From contig JBGAGQ010000010.1 of assembly GCA_044226625.1 (NCBI GenBank), forward strand, positions 32,001-96,000: a stretch of 64,000 nt of DNA, read 5' to 3'. A program made the position numbers and the translations under genes. Source of the stretch: Thermoanaerobaculia bacterium (GTDB lineage: Bacteria > Acidobacteriota > Thermoanaerobaculia > Multivoradales > UBA5704). Below, piece by piece: positions 30,229 through 42,419 of this stretch (positions are counted from its first letter, which is position 1; every line of letters begins with the position of its first letter). Below the pieces are notes generated by a model. The model was not told the origin of the DNA and did not search any database. It saw only the letters and a list, made by a program, of their open reading frames with translations.

Positions 30229-31214
30229 GCCTTCCAGATCTGGCCGAGCGCCCGGCGGAAGTTGCCGCCCAGGATCAGCTCCACCTCGGATTCGGAAAAG
30301 CCGCGCCGCAGCAGGCCGGCGGCGAGCTCATAGGCGCGCCGGCCGTTCTGTAGACCCGGCAGGTCGTAGGCCGCGCGCGGCCGGCCGGTCGCCGGATCGG
30401 CGAGGTCGAGATCGCAGTCGCTCCCGAGCCCCACGTGCTCCGCCCCGACCAGCCGCGCCACGTGGACGAAGTGGTCGAGCAGGACGTCGAGAGTCGGACG
30501 GTCGCCCAGAAACGCGCGCACCGCCGCGATGCCCATCACGCCGCCGCGGGCGGCGAGGGCGCGGATCTCCGCGTCGGCCTTGTTGCGCGGATGGGGCGCG
30601 AGGGCCCGGCAGTTGGCGTGGGTCACCAGGACCGGACGGTCCGAGCGCGCGATCGAATCCAGCGTCGTCCGCTCCGAGCAGTGCGAGACGTCGACCGCCA
30701 TGCCCACGCGGTTCATCTCGGCCACCACCTGCCGCCCGAATTCGCTGAGCCCCTGGTCGTGAGGATCGCGGCAGCCTGAGCCGAGGCGGCACCGGTCGTT
30801 GTAGGTCAACTGGGAGACCCGCTGGCCGAGTGCGTGGAACCGCTCGACGTCCTCGACCGTGCGGAAGTGCTCGCTGGTCTGGAAGCCGAGCAGGATGCCG
30901 ATCCGCCGGTCGCTCCGGGCCGGGTCGAGATCGGCGGCGCCGCGCACGGCGCGCAGATACGCCGACTGGCCGCGCAGCAGCTGGTTCCACCCTTCCATCC
31001 AGCCGAGCGCCGCGGCATGGGGATCCGGGGAGTTCGGGTCGACCGCAGGATGGAAGACGTCGACGCCGGAGGCGACCAGACGCCGGAAATCCTCGAGCCC
31101 GAACGTCGTCGGCTTGCGCTGCCAGGCCCGCAGGTCCGCCGATCCGCGCCGGGAAAGAACGCTGCCGCCCATCCATACGGCGCAGCCCCAGAGAAACCGC
31201 CGACGGCTCCACAT
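30225..31214 (-). CDS. Membrane dipeptidase (M19), Tat signal, copy 1 with ~124-nt internal deletion
   Basis: SRRRFL, QLTYN, DVSH, THAN, GSD, GGNF motifs. Lacks the segment present at 32855-32978 in copy 2. Confidence 0.8.
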   Translation of the reverse strand: MWSRRRFLWGCAVWMGGSVLSRRGSADLRAWQRKPTTFGLEDFRRLVASGVDVFHPAVDPNSPDPHAAALGWMEGWNQLLRGQSAYLRAVRGAADLDPARSDRRIGILLGFQTSEHFRTVEDVERFHALGQRVSQLTYNDRCRLGSGCRDPHDQGLSEFGRQVVAEMNRVGMAVDVSHCSERTTLDSIARSDRPVLVTHANCRALAPHPRNKADAEIRALAARGGVMGIAAVRAFLGDRPTLDVLLDHFVHVARLVGAEHVGLGSDCDLDLADPATGRPRAAYDLPGLQNGRRAYELAAGLLRRGFSESEVELILGGNFRRALGQIWKA

Positions 31215-31338
31215 CGAAGGCGGCCCGAAACGTAGACCCCTCCCCGGTCCAAGTCAAGGACGATGGGACGAAGCGCGGGCCCCGCCCTGGGGGGCCCGCC
31301 TACGTCCTGTCCCTCCGGGACCTGTGCTGCTCGGCGGC

Positions 31339-32005
31339 TCAGCGATTCGGTGCGACCGCGTCCCCCGCCACGAGGAGCGGGCAGTCGGCGCTTTCAGCCG
31401 CTCCGGGAAGGACGACCGCGACCGGGCGGTAGCCTCGCCGGGAGGTCGCGGGGAGGGTGAAGTCGATCGCCGTTTCGCCGTGCGCGTCGGTCCGGCCGGA
31501 GGCTACGACCTCGCCCGCGACCCAGACCTCCGCCGGTCGGTCCGGGGTGAGCCCGTTCGCCCGAACGGTCGTCGTCCCTCCCGGCGGAAGGATCGCCTGC
31601 GCGAAGGTGCAGGACGGGAGCGGCGGTGGGATCAGGTCGATCTCGGCGCCGCGGCCGTCGGCAGGCAGGCGTTCCGCCGGCAACCCCGCGCGGCGGGCAA
31701 TCGCCTGGAGGCGGATTTTCGGACCGGCCTCGCCGCGGAGCGCGTCGGGCAGGCTCGCCGAGACGATCAACGAGAGAGGGGCCTGGCCCTGGCGCTCCGA
31801 CACCGAGGGCGCGAAGACCCGCCCCTCGATCCCCGGATCCGTGAGCGCGGTGAACGCCCCCCGCGCGCAACGCCAGAACGTCGCCACGGCGCGCCCGCCC
31901 GCTCCACCGCTCACCGCGACGCGCGAGACCAGCTCCGCGCCGGCGAAACCCGGTTGATCGGGAAACAACGTCGCGGGGTCGCAGCCGGTCGACGGCTTCG
32001 CGTCG
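31339..32005 (-). pseudogene. Duplicated 3' fragment of the secreted metalloprotease gene
   Basis: In-frame DAKPSTGCDPATL..GDAVAPNR*, matching 33180-33845. Confidence 0.8.
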
Positions 32006-33058
32006 CCACCTCCGTTCGGAAAAGCCGCGCCGCAGCAGGCCGGCGGCGGGCTCATAGGCGCGCCGGCCGTTCTGTAGACCCGGCAGGTCGTAGGCCGCGC
32101 GCAGCCGGCCAGTCGCCGGATCGGCAAGATCGAGATCGCAGTCGCTCCCGAGCCCCACGTGCTCCGCCCCGACCAGCCGCGCCACGTGGACGAAGTGGTC
32201 GAGCAGGACGTCGAGAGTCGGACGGTCGCCCAGAAACGCGCGCACCGCCGCGATGCCCATCACGCCGCCGCGGGCGGCGGGCGCGGATCTCCGCGTCGGC
32301 CTTGTTGCGCGGATGGGGCGCGAGGGCCCGGCAGTTGGCGTGGGTCACCAGGACCGGACGGTCCGAGCGCGCGATCGAATCCAGCGTCGTCCGCTCCGAG
32401 CAGTGCGAGACGTCGACCGCCATGCCCCGCGGTTCATCTCGGCCACCACCTGCCGCCCGAATTCGCTGAGCCCCTGGTCGTGAGGATCGCGGCAGCCTGA
32501 GCCAGGCGGCACCGGTCGTTGTAGGTCAACTGGGAGACCCGCTGGCCGAGTGCGTGGAACCGCTCGACGTCCTCGACCGTGCGGAAGTGCTCGCTGGTCT
32601 GGAAGCCGAGCAGGATGCCGATCCGCCGGTCGCTCCGGGCCGGGTCGAGATCGGCGGCGCCGCGCACGGCGCGCAGATACGCCGACTGGCCGCGCAGCAG
32701 CTGGTTCCACCCTTCCATCCAGCCGAGCGCCGCGGCATGGGGATCCGGGGAGTTCGGGTCGACCGCAGGATGGAAGACGTCGACGCCGGAGGCGACCAGA
32801 CGCCGGAAATCCTCGAGCCCGAACGTCGTCGGCTTGCGCTGCCAGGCCCGCAGGCGATCCCAATCGAGCGTCAGCAGCCCGAGCATGTCGATCACCGTGG
32901 TCCGATCGACCAGGCTCAAGACTCGCGGATCGTCGGAAGCGATCGGGTCGGGGGGCCGTGGCATGGAGCGGCCGGTCGTCCGCCGATCCGCGCCGGGAAA
33001 GAACGCTGCCGCCCATCCATACGGCGCAGCCCCAGAGAAACCGCCGACGGCTCCACAT
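32006..33058 (-). pseudogene. Membrane dipeptidase copy 2, frameshifted and 3'-truncated
   Basis: Intact N-terminal VIDMLGLLTLD segment, but several 1-nt indels and loss of the last ~18 codons at the junction. Confidence 0.75.
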
Positions 33059-33179
33059 CGAAGGCGGCCCGAAACGTAGACCCCTCCCCGGTCCAAGTCA
33101 AGGACGATGGGACGAAGCGCGGGCCCGCCCTGGGGGCCGCCTACGTCCTGTCCCTCCGGGACCTGTGCTGCTCGGCGGC

Positions 33180-35335
33180 TCAGCGATTCGGTGCGACCGC
33201 GTCCCCCGCCACGAGGAGCGGGCAGTCGGCGCTTTCAGCCGCTCGGGAAGGACGACCGCGACCGGGCGGTAGCCTCGCCGGGAGGTCGCGGGGAGGGTGA
33301 AGTCGATCGCCGTTTCGCCGTGCGCGTCGGTCCGGCCGGAGGCGACGACCTCGCCCGCGATCCAGACCTCCGCCGGTCGGTCCGGGGTGAGCCCGTTCGC
33401 CCGAACGGTCGTCGTCCCCTCCCGGCGGAAGGATCGCCTGCGCGAAGGTGCAGGACGGGAGCGGCGGTGGGATCAGGTCGATCTCGGCGCCGCGGCCGTC
33501 GGCGGGCAGGCGTTCCGCCGGCAACCCCGCGCGGCGGGCAATCGCCTGGAGGCGGATTTTCGGACCGGCCTCGCCGCGGAGCGCGTCGGGCAGGCTCGCC
33601 GAGACGATCAACGAGAGAGGGCCTGGCCCTGGCGCTCCGACACCGAGGGCGCGAAGACCCGCCCCTCGATCCCCGGATCCGTGAGCGCGGTGAACGCCCC
33701 CCGCGCGCAACGCCAGAACGTCGCCACGGCGCGCCCGCCCGCTCCACCGCTCACCGCGACGCGCGAGACCAGCTCCGCGCCGGCGAAACCCGGTTGATCG
33801 GGAAACAACGTCGCGGGGTCGCAGCCGGTCGACGGCTTCGCGTCGAGGTCGACGAACGTGAGGTATTCGTTCTCCACCCCGTCGGGGAGCGGCCCGCGGA
33901 GCGTTTGGGTGAGCGCGGTCGCCGCGAGCCGAGGGGTTTCGGCGAAGCCGGCTTTGATCAGGTTGAGGTCGCCCGGCCTCTCGCAGTGCGGCTCGCACGC
34001 CCGGAGCGGCGCGACGATCCAGCCGGCGGGATCGTTGACGTCGGTGAAGATCGCCCCCGGCACCAGCTTGCCCACGTGGCGGAGCGTCTCGCGCTGGAGC
34101 GGCGAGATCTTCGTGTCGCCCGTGTAGTCCATCAGGCTCGTCGCGGTGCCTCCCAGGTCTTCGTAGGGGAAGTCGGAGTTGCGCGGGTCGGTGCCTTTCG
34201 GATCGCAGTAGCCGTCGTAGAGCCGCTTTCCAGCCGTGCCGGCCGGCGATCCGTCGCCGTTGTCGTCCACTCCGTTGCCGTGGCCCAGGCCCAGGGAATG
34301 GCCGATCTCGTGCCCGATCGTGTGGAGATAGTCGGCGGGTTTGCCCACCGGGCAGCGCCGACCGGTCGGGCAGGCGTCGGGATCGTACGTGGCGAGGCGC
34401 TGGATGCCGTCGAGCACGTCGACGGGAAGCGTTTCGGGAAAGGCACAAAGCAGCGGGCCGATCCGGCCCAGCGCGTTCTTGAGCGACGGCGTCACCCCTT
34501 GGACCCCGCCGCCGTCGAGGTTGGTGGCGTTGATCAGGATCGTTCCGCGCTGCCCCGGGTAGAGCCGGCTCCAGGCGAGCTCGCACTGCGCGGTCGCGTT
34601 GCGCAAATTGGACGAGAGGAGGTCGTCCTCGAACTCGCCCGGCAGCTCCACGCCGTGGGTGCCGTCCGGATCGTCGATCACCGGAATCCCCTGGCCGGCG
34701 AGAGCATGGCGGAACAGCGTGTGGGCCTGCGGAAAGTAGATCTGGTCGTCGAGCTTCTGGAGCATCTCCATCAGGCGCGGTGCCGGGACCGTGCGAAAGA
34801 CGCCGTTGTTGCTCCCCGGACCGGTCACGCCGTGGGCTTGCGGGCTCCCTTCGACGGCGCAGAAGCGGACGGGGATCTCGACGAAGTCGCTCGGCGGCAC
34901 GATCGTCAGGTCGTACTCGCACTTCCAGGGACCCCATACCTTGTAGATCGGCGGCAGGGCGCCGTTGCCGAAGACGTCGAGCACCAGTCGGTCGCTGCCG
35001 GTCGTGGTGAGCGGCGGAATCGGGAAAGCATGGTCGAGGATCTGCCGGTGCGAGTGCGGCGCGAGCACGATCTTGCCGTAGCGCGGATCGATAAGCGGCG
35101 ACGGCAGGTTGAACAGGTTCGGCGTGTTGTCCTGAATCGTGAACGTGACGGTGAAATCGGTTGGATTGTCGAACTCGAACGGCAACGGCAAGCCTTGGCC
35201 GAGGCCGACCGACAGGGCGCGGATCGTCGGGCAGACGATCGACGGGTCTTGCGCCCGCGCGGGGGCTAACGTCGCGAGGAAGATCCCGAGGAGGATCGCG
35301 AGGGAGGTGAAGAAGGATGGCTGCGCCGTCCGCAT
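33180..35335 (-). CDS. Large secreted metzincin-type zinc metalloprotease (apparent frameshifts near 33240-33630)
   Basis: Signal peptide MRTAQPSFFTSLAILLG.., HEIGHSLGLGH (HExxHxxGxxH), Met-turn SLMDY. The C-terminus is in frame in the duplicated copy. Confidence 0.75.
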
Positions 35336-35523
35336 CGCGGCGCGGTGAGCGAGATGTGAGTTCAAGAGGTGGCTCCTTTTCGTCGGAGCCCCGGAACGTC
35401 ATTCGTCCGGGGACGCCGAGGAGCTGTCGCGAGCGCGGCCGTTATCTCACCCCGGACTCTCCCGCTCGCTTCGAATCCTCCTCCGCGGGCGGACCTGCCC
35501 GCTCGCGGAGGAGATCGGTTCGA

Positions 35524-36060
35524 CTATCGGAGCGGCTTCGCCAACCGGTAGGTGAAGGCCTTCACCGGCACGCCGGTCTTCTGCTCGATCTCGTCGCGGA
35601 ACGACTCGATCAGCTCGCGCAGGTTCGGGTTGATCTCCGAGGCGTCGGCCGGCACGGTCGCGAACTCGTTGCCGCAAACCCCCTCACCGTCATCGCACAC
35701 TGGCTCGTCGGACAGCCCGCACTGGATCACCTCGGCCGAGTCGACGATCACGTCCACGGTGCCCGGGTTGTCGTCATCGGTGCCGGTCGCCACGCGGAAA
35801 TACGGATACGGATTGCCGACCGGGAAGTCATAGCTGGTCCACGTGCAGTGGCACTCGGGCGGCAACACGGCCAAGGGCGGGCAGGAGCTCGCGCCCACGT
35901 AAGCGGCGGTCGAATGCCCGTCCGGCGGATACGGACCACACGACTTGACCCAGTGGTGGATGCCGGTGCCGTAGTGGACCGGAGCGGCGGTGGCCGGCAA
36001 GGCGGCGAGAACCGCGATGAGGGCGAGCGACGACAGAGACAGGACGGACTTCGATCGCAT
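35524..36060 (-). CDS. Secreted Cys-rich hypothetical protein
   Basis: 178 aa, signal peptide, 7 Cys, SD GGAGG. Confidence 0.7.
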   Translation of the reverse strand: MRSKSVLSLSSLALIAVLAALPATAAPVHYGTGIHHWVKSCGPYPPDGHSTAAYVGASSCPPLAVLPPECHCTWTSYDFPVGNPYPYFRVATGTDDDNPGTVDVIVDSAEVIQCGLSDEPVCDDGEGVCGNEFATVPADASEINPNLRELIESFRDEIEQKTGVPVKAFTYRLAKPLR

Positions 36061-36231
36061 GCTTCCTCCGAAGGAAACGAGGGTTTCCGCGGCCTCGTTC
36101 GAGGCGCGGTGGTTTTGCGGTGCAATAAACCGGGGTGCGCGCGGAGGTCGGAGGCGAGCCGCTCAGGCCGCGCTTTGTCGGGGGCTTCCCTTGTCCCCTC
36201 CCTCGCCGATCGGCGATGATCCGCGTTCTCT

Positions 36232-37530
36232 ATGAAAGCTGGAATGGAAATCGACAATCCGACGTCCCGCCCGTCCACCCTTCACGCCTTCCGCTCGGTG
36301 CCGCGGACGGGCGTCGTCTACGTCACCAAGGAGGCCGCGCTCCACGGCTATCGCTCGGGGCATCCCGATTGGGCGAATCTTGGCCAGGGGCAGCCGGAGA
36401 CCGGTCCGCTCCCCGGCGCGCCGGAGCGCGTGGGGGAGGTAGCGATCGACCCGGGCGATCACGAATACGCCCCGGTGCCGGGCATTTGGGAGCTGCGCGA
36501 AGCCGTCGCCGATCTCTACAACCGCCTGTTTCGGCGCGGCCTGCCGTCCCAGTACAAGGCGGAGAACGTGGCCATCTCCGGCGGCGGGCGCGCCGCGCTG
36601 ACCCGCGCGGTCGCCTCGCTCGACAAGGTGCACCTCGGCCACTTCCTCCCCGATTACACGGCCTACGAGGAGCTGCTCGACATCTTCCGCCTGGTCTCGC
36701 CGATTCCGATCCTGCTCTCGCGCGATCAGGGGTACCGCTTCACGGTCGACGAGCTCCAGCGCGAGGTCTCCGGCCGCGGGCTTTCGGCCCTGCTCCTGTC
36801 GAACCCGTGCAATCCGATGGGCAAGGTGATCTCCGGCCACGAGCTCTCGGAGTGGGTCGCGGCGTCTCGCTCGCTTGACTGCGCGTTGCTGATCGACGAG
36901 TTCTATTCCCACTACGTCTGGCGCCTCGGCTCCGGAGAGCCGGGGCCGGTCGTCTCGGCCGCTCGTTACGTCGAGGACGTCGACCGCGATCCGGTCGTCC
37001 TGGTCGACGGTCTGACGAAGAACTGGCGCTATCCGGGCTGGCGGGTGACTTGGACGATCGGGCCACGCGCCGTGATCGAGGCGGTCGAGAGCGCCGGGTC
37101 GTTCCTGGACGGCGGCGGCAGCAAGCCGCTCCAGCGGGCCGCGGTTCCGCTGATGGATCCGGATCTCGTGCTCGCCGAAACCAAGGCGATCCGCGAAGCG
37201 TTCCTGCCGAAGAGGGAGCTGATGCTCTCCCGCGCGCAGGAGCTGGGCTTGAGGATCGACAAGGAGCCCGACGGGACCTTCTACGCCTTCGCCTCGGTGG
37301 CCGATCTTCCCGAGCCGATCGCCGACGGCATGAGCTTCTTCCGCGCCGCGCTCGAGCACCGGGTGATCTGCGTGCCCGGCCAGTTCTTCGACGTCAACCC
37401 CGGCCACCGCCGCGCGCCGCGCCTGTCGCGATTCCATCACTACGTTCGACTGAGCTTTGGCCCGAGCTACGAAGAGGTCGCGAGGGGGCTCGACCGGTTG
37501 GAGGCGATGATCGCCTCGTATCGGCGGTAG
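36232..37530 (+). CDS. PLP-dependent aminotransferase class I/II
   Basis: NLGQGQPE, NPCNPMG, DEFY, GLTKNWRYPGWR, VRLSFG. The start may be 36244. Confidence 0.92.
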   Translation: MKAGMEIDNPTSRPSTLHAFRSVPRTGVVYVTKEAALHGYRSGHPDWANLGQGQPETGPLPGAPERVGEVAIDPGDHEYAPVPGIWELREAVADLYNRLFRRGLPSQYKAENVAISGGGRAALTRAVASLDKVHLGHFLPDYTAYEELLDIFRLVSPIPILLSRDQGYRFTVDELQREVSGRGLSALLLSNPCNPMGKVISGHELSEWVAASRSLDCALLIDEFYSHYVWRLGSGEPGPVVSAARYVEDVDRDPVVLVDGLTKNWRYPGWRVTWTIGPRAVIEAVESAGSFLDGGGSKPLQRAAVPLMDPDLVLAETKAIREAFLPKRELMLSRAQELGLRIDKEPDGTFYAFASVADLPEPIADGMSFFRAALEHRVICVPGQFFDVNPGHRRAPRLSRFHHYVRLSFGPSYEEVARGLDRLEAMIASYRR

Positions 37531-37538
37531 ATGCTCTA

Positions 37539-37850
37539 GCGGCCTTTCAGGCCGCGAGAGGGTGCGGTTTCCGAACCCGGGGCATCGGCCTTCGGCCTCA
37601 GCCCCGGGCTAAATTCTTCCGGCCCGTTGGGCCGGGGGTTTGTGGAGTTTCGATCCGTTGTTGCCTTACCCGCCGGTACCGGCCCAATGGGTCGGGGCTC
37701 TTCGAACCCGAGGCTGTGCCTTTGCCGTCCGCGCCGATGCCGAGCCGCGCCGTACCGGCCCGAAGGGCCGGAAGAGTCCAGCCCAGGGCTGAGGCCGAAG
37801 GCCGATGCCCTGGGTGAGAGGCGACATGTACCGGCGGCCTGAAAGGTCGC
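37539..37850. repeat. REP/REPIN-like composite inverted repeat between convergent genes
   Basis: ~60-bp arms (37575-37635 and 37755-37815: ACCC(A/G)GGGCATCGGCCTTCGGCCTCAGCCC..GGGCT) in inverted orientation, plus outer GCGGCCT-TTC/GAA-AGG hairpins. Confidence 0.8.
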
Positions 37851-37855
37851 CGGAC

Positions 37856-38404
37856 CTACCCCGGCTGCTTCGCTGGGGCCGGAGGATCGAGCGAGGTCGC
37901 GGGGTGGGAATGGCCGCGATGGCAGGTGGTGCAGTTCACCACCGCCGGCTCCTCGTCCTTCCGCTCCGGATAGGCCGTGATCGTCTTCGACACGTCGGCC
38001 GCGAGGGCCGCCATCCGCCGTGTGATCTCTTTGTTCGGCTTCGCATCGGAGGCCCAGTCGGCGGGCGTGTGGCACTTCATGCACGTCACGCCGAGCGAGC
38101 GCGAATAGCCGAACTCCATGATCCGCAGAACGTTCTCCGCCGGAACGCCGCGGAGCAGCTTGATGTTCTTGAACACCGTCTCGGCCGGTTCCTTCTCGTG
38201 GCCCGCGATCCGCGTCCGCAGATCGGCGAGCGCCGCGGCCTGATCGAACGCGATCTGTTGATGGTCCTCGATCGGCGGGGGAGCGGGGATGCCGACGGGG
38301 GCCTTCGGGGGAGTCGGCGGCGCCGGGGGTTGACTCGGGGGCTGGCCGGCCGCGGCGCCGCCCAGGATCAGCGAGAGGATCGTCAAGCCGAACGCGTTTC
38401 TCAT
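37856..38404 (-). CDS. Diheme c-type cytochrome (photosynthetic RC cytochrome c subunit family-like)
   Basis: Signal peptide, FKNIKLL, CMKCH and CTTCH heme motifs. Confidence 0.88.
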   Translation of the reverse strand: MRNAFGLTILSLILGGAAAGQPPSQPPAPPTPPKAPVGIPAPPPIEDHQQIAFDQAAALADLRTRIAGHEKEPAETVFKNIKLLRGVPAENVLRIMEFGYSRSLGVTCMKCHTPADWASDAKPNKEITRRMAALAADVSKTITAYPERKDEEPAVVNCTTCHRGHSHPATSLDPPAPAKQPG

Positions 38405-38493
38405 GGAGCTTCTCCTTGCGACCGATGGTGCGAGCGCGTGCTCGGTTCGAGCACTCTTTTCGGTCGTCGACCCGCTCTAAGATACCCGACATC

Positions 38494-39978
<1,485 letters not shown>

Positions 39979-40007
39979 CGGGCTGCTGGAGAGTTTTTAA
40001 GCAGCTT

Positions 40008-40433
40008 TTACCGCGAGCCCGCCTCGGCATCGGTCTTGGCCGCCTCGCGGGCGACCGGGTCGGCGCCCTTGAGGACTTTGATCTCGAGGAGCCGGAACGG
40101 CTGCTCCTGGTAGCTCAGTCGGATCGCCTGGCCGGCGGCGAGATCCTCGGGGCGCAGCTTTTTGCGGCCGGAGAACGCGGCCTTGTCGGCCGACTTGAGC
40201 TTGAGGCCGTCCGGCAGCACGAAGGCGAGCTCGCGCTTGTCCTCGAGCCGGATCTGCACCTCGTACCCCGGGGCCGGGCCGACGGAGAGGATCTCCCCCT
40301 TCACCCACCGGATCTGGGCGTACGCCTCGTTGTCGAGCGTGCCGGAGGAGACGGAACCCGAGGCCAGAAGGGTGGCCGGGGCGAGAGCGGCGGCGAGTAG
40401 CAGGGCGATCGAGAACCGGGCGATGCGGCGCAT
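40008..40433 (-). CDS. Secreted hypothetical protein
   Basis: MRRIARFSIALLLAAALAP signal peptide, SD AAGGAG. Confidence 0.7.
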   Translation of the reverse strand: MRRIARFSIALLLAAALAPATLLASGSVSSGTLDNEAYAQIRWVKGEILSVGPAPGYEVQIRLEDKRELAFVLPDGLKLKSADKAAFSGRKKLRPEDLAAGQAIRLSYQEQPFRLLEIKVLKGADPVAREAAKTDAEAGSR

Positions 40434-40542
40434 GAGACGTCTCCTTCGGGTTCTTGGGGTCCGAGGCGGATGGTCCTTCTTCTCTCCAGTCCGTTTCCCG
40501 GACGCGGTTGGATTTCGTCGAAACGCGCGGAACAATGGTCGC

Positions 40543-42009
40543 ATGCCCGATCACCCCGACGGCCGTGCCGGAGAGGATCGCACGGCGGCGCCGGTTGCGC
40601 TGGCCGGTCTGCTCGGCGCCGCGGCCGGCTCGGCCGGGATCTGGGCGTTCCTCTCGTTCCGGTTCCACGGCGAAAACGGCGCCGCTCCGGTCGCGATCTT
40701 TCTGTGGGCCATCCTCGCCCTGTTCGTCATCCTAGGGGCCGGTTTCGCCTCCGCCCGCCGCCTCGCGGCGGAGCGACCGCAGCTCGCGCTCGTCCTGATT
40801 CTCGGCACCGCGGCGCTCTTCCGGCTGCTGCTCCTTCCGGCGGGGCTCGCCGCTTCCCGGGGCGCGGCGGCCGACGACCTCGCCGGTCGCGCGGTGGGCT
40901 TCGAGCGCTTCCTGCTCTACGACCAGGACGTCTGGCGCTACCTTTGGGACGGCCATCTGGTCGCCCGGGGAATCGATCCCTACGGTCGGACGCCGGAGGA
41001 GTGGGAACGGCTCACCGAAGCGGGAGACCCGCGGGCCGAGGCGATCCTCGAAGAGCCCCCGTGGCTCGACGCGTTCGACATGATCGCGTTTCGCGGCCAT
41101 CGATCCGTCTATCCTCCGCTCGCGCAGGCGGCGTTCGGCCTGTCCGCGCTCGTGGCGCCTGGCAGCGTCCTCGTCTGGAAGCTCCTGCTGCTGGTCGTCG
41201 ACCTCGGCACCTGCGGGCTGCTCGCGGCGCTGCTCGCCCGGTTGGGGCGCGGCCGGTGGGAGGTGATCCTCTACGCTTGGAATCCGCTCGTTTTGAAAGA
41301 GGTCGCCGGCTCCGGGCACGTCGACGCCCTCGCGGCGCTCGGCCTCGCCGGAGCGGCGCTCGCGCTGGTCGCGGCGGACCGTTCATCCCACCCGAAAGAG
41401 CGCCGACGGGGCGAATCGCTCACGCTGGCTGCCTTGGCTTTCGCGGGCCTCGCCAAGCTCACCCCGCTCGTCGCCGCCCCGGCGTTCCTCGCGCGGATCC
41501 CGCGGCGGAGGGGGTGGATTCTCCCGGCGGCTCTGGCGGTGGGTTCCCTGCCTTTTGCGGCCGGCCTTCCGGATCTCCTCCACGGTCTCTCGGCGATGGC
41601 CGCCGAATGGCGATTCCAAGCCGGTGGGTGGGATCTCTTCGCGGCGCTCGGCGAGTGGATCGTGCCGGGCGCGGGCCGTGGCGTCGCGACGGCGTTTGCG
41701 CTGCTCGCGACGCTCGCCCTTGGCGTCTGGATCCTTCGCGATCGGAGCGCCCTCGGAGCACTGCGGGCCGCGTACGCGATGCTGCTCGCGTTCCTCCTGC
41801 TCGGTCCGGCGGTGATGCCCTGGTACGCGGTGGGCCTCCTGCCGCTCGCGGTCGCCGTCCGCGGCCGGGCGGGGCTCGCCTTCTCGGCGCTGGGGTTCCT
41901 CTCCTACCTGGTCTACGTCGACGGGACGGAAGGGATCGCCGCGCGGGCTTTCGTCCACGCGGCGACCTGGGCGCTGCTCGCGATCGATCTCAGGCGAATC
42001 GAGGGTTGA
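40543..42009 (+). CDS. GT87/DUF2029-like membrane glycosyltransferase
   Basis: DVWRYLWDG, GIDPY, VYPPLAQ, YAWNP, SGHVD, PWY motifs. Confidence 0.85.
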   Translation: MPDHPDGRAGEDRTAAPVALAGLLGAAAGSAGIWAFLSFRFHGENGAAPVAIFLWAILALFVILGAGFASARRLAAERPQLALVLILGTAALFRLLLLPAGLAASRGAAADDLAGRAVGFERFLLYDQDVWRYLWDGHLVARGIDPYGRTPEEWERLTEAGDPRAEAILEEPPWLDAFDMIAFRGHRSVYPPLAQAAFGLSALVAPGSVLVWKLLLLVVDLGTCGLLAALLARLGRGRWEVILYAWNPLVLKEVAGSGHVDALAALGLAGAALALVAADRSSHPKERRRGESLTLAALAFAGLAKLTPLVAAPAFLARIPRRRGWILPAALAVGSLPFAAGLPDLLHGLSAMAAEWRFQAGGWDLFAALGEWIVPGAGRGVATAFALLATLALGVWILRDRSALGALRAAYAMLLAFLLLGPAVMPWYAVGLLPLAVAVRGRAGLAFSALGFLSYLVYVDGTEGIAARAFVHAATWALLAIDLRRIEG

Positions 42010-42182
42010 TCTCAGATCGTCGGCGGCGGTGGGGTGCGGCCTCCGGGTGCCTGCCCGCCGCCGGGTTGATCTCAGATCGTCGGCGGCGGTGGGGTGCGGC
42101 CTCCGGGTGCCTGCCCGCCGCCGGGTTGATCTCAGATCGTCGGCGGCGGTGGAGTGCGGCCGCCGGGTGCCTGCCCGCCGCC
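42003..42182. repeat. 60-bp tandem repeat, 3 copies
   Basis: GGGTTGATCTCAGATCGTCGGCGGCGGTGGGGTGCGGCCTCCGGGTGCCTGCCCGCCGCC at 42003, 42063 and 42123. Confidence 0.95.
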
Positions 42183-42419
42183 GTCGATGGGGCCTCCGGC
42201 CGCTTCGTTGCCGCGGCGGGCTTGGAAGGAGGGCCTGGGGGCCTTCGGGGTCTTGCCGATCGGGAAGGATTTCGGACAGGAGGGACGCGCGGGGAAAGCT
42301 TGCAGGTTTTCCATCGATAAGTCTCCTTGATCGGCGTTCGGGGCGCGGAGCCGGGGGCGTCGCGCCGGGGTGAAAACTTGCGGGATCAGTTGGGGAGATC
42401 CGATCGGAGCGCCGAAGGG

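Larger units (their letters stand above)
30281..33845. repeat. Direct tandem duplication (30281-32005 and 32006-33845)
   Basis: Near-identical copies covering the dipeptidase gene and the 3' end of the upstream metalloprotease gene. Junction at 32005/32006. Confidence 0.95.

Noticed and set aside
37856-38404. Evidence for phototrophy from the RC-cytochrome-like protein
   Set aside because: Short diheme member with no puf/bch genes nearby. Such proteins occur in non-phototrophs.
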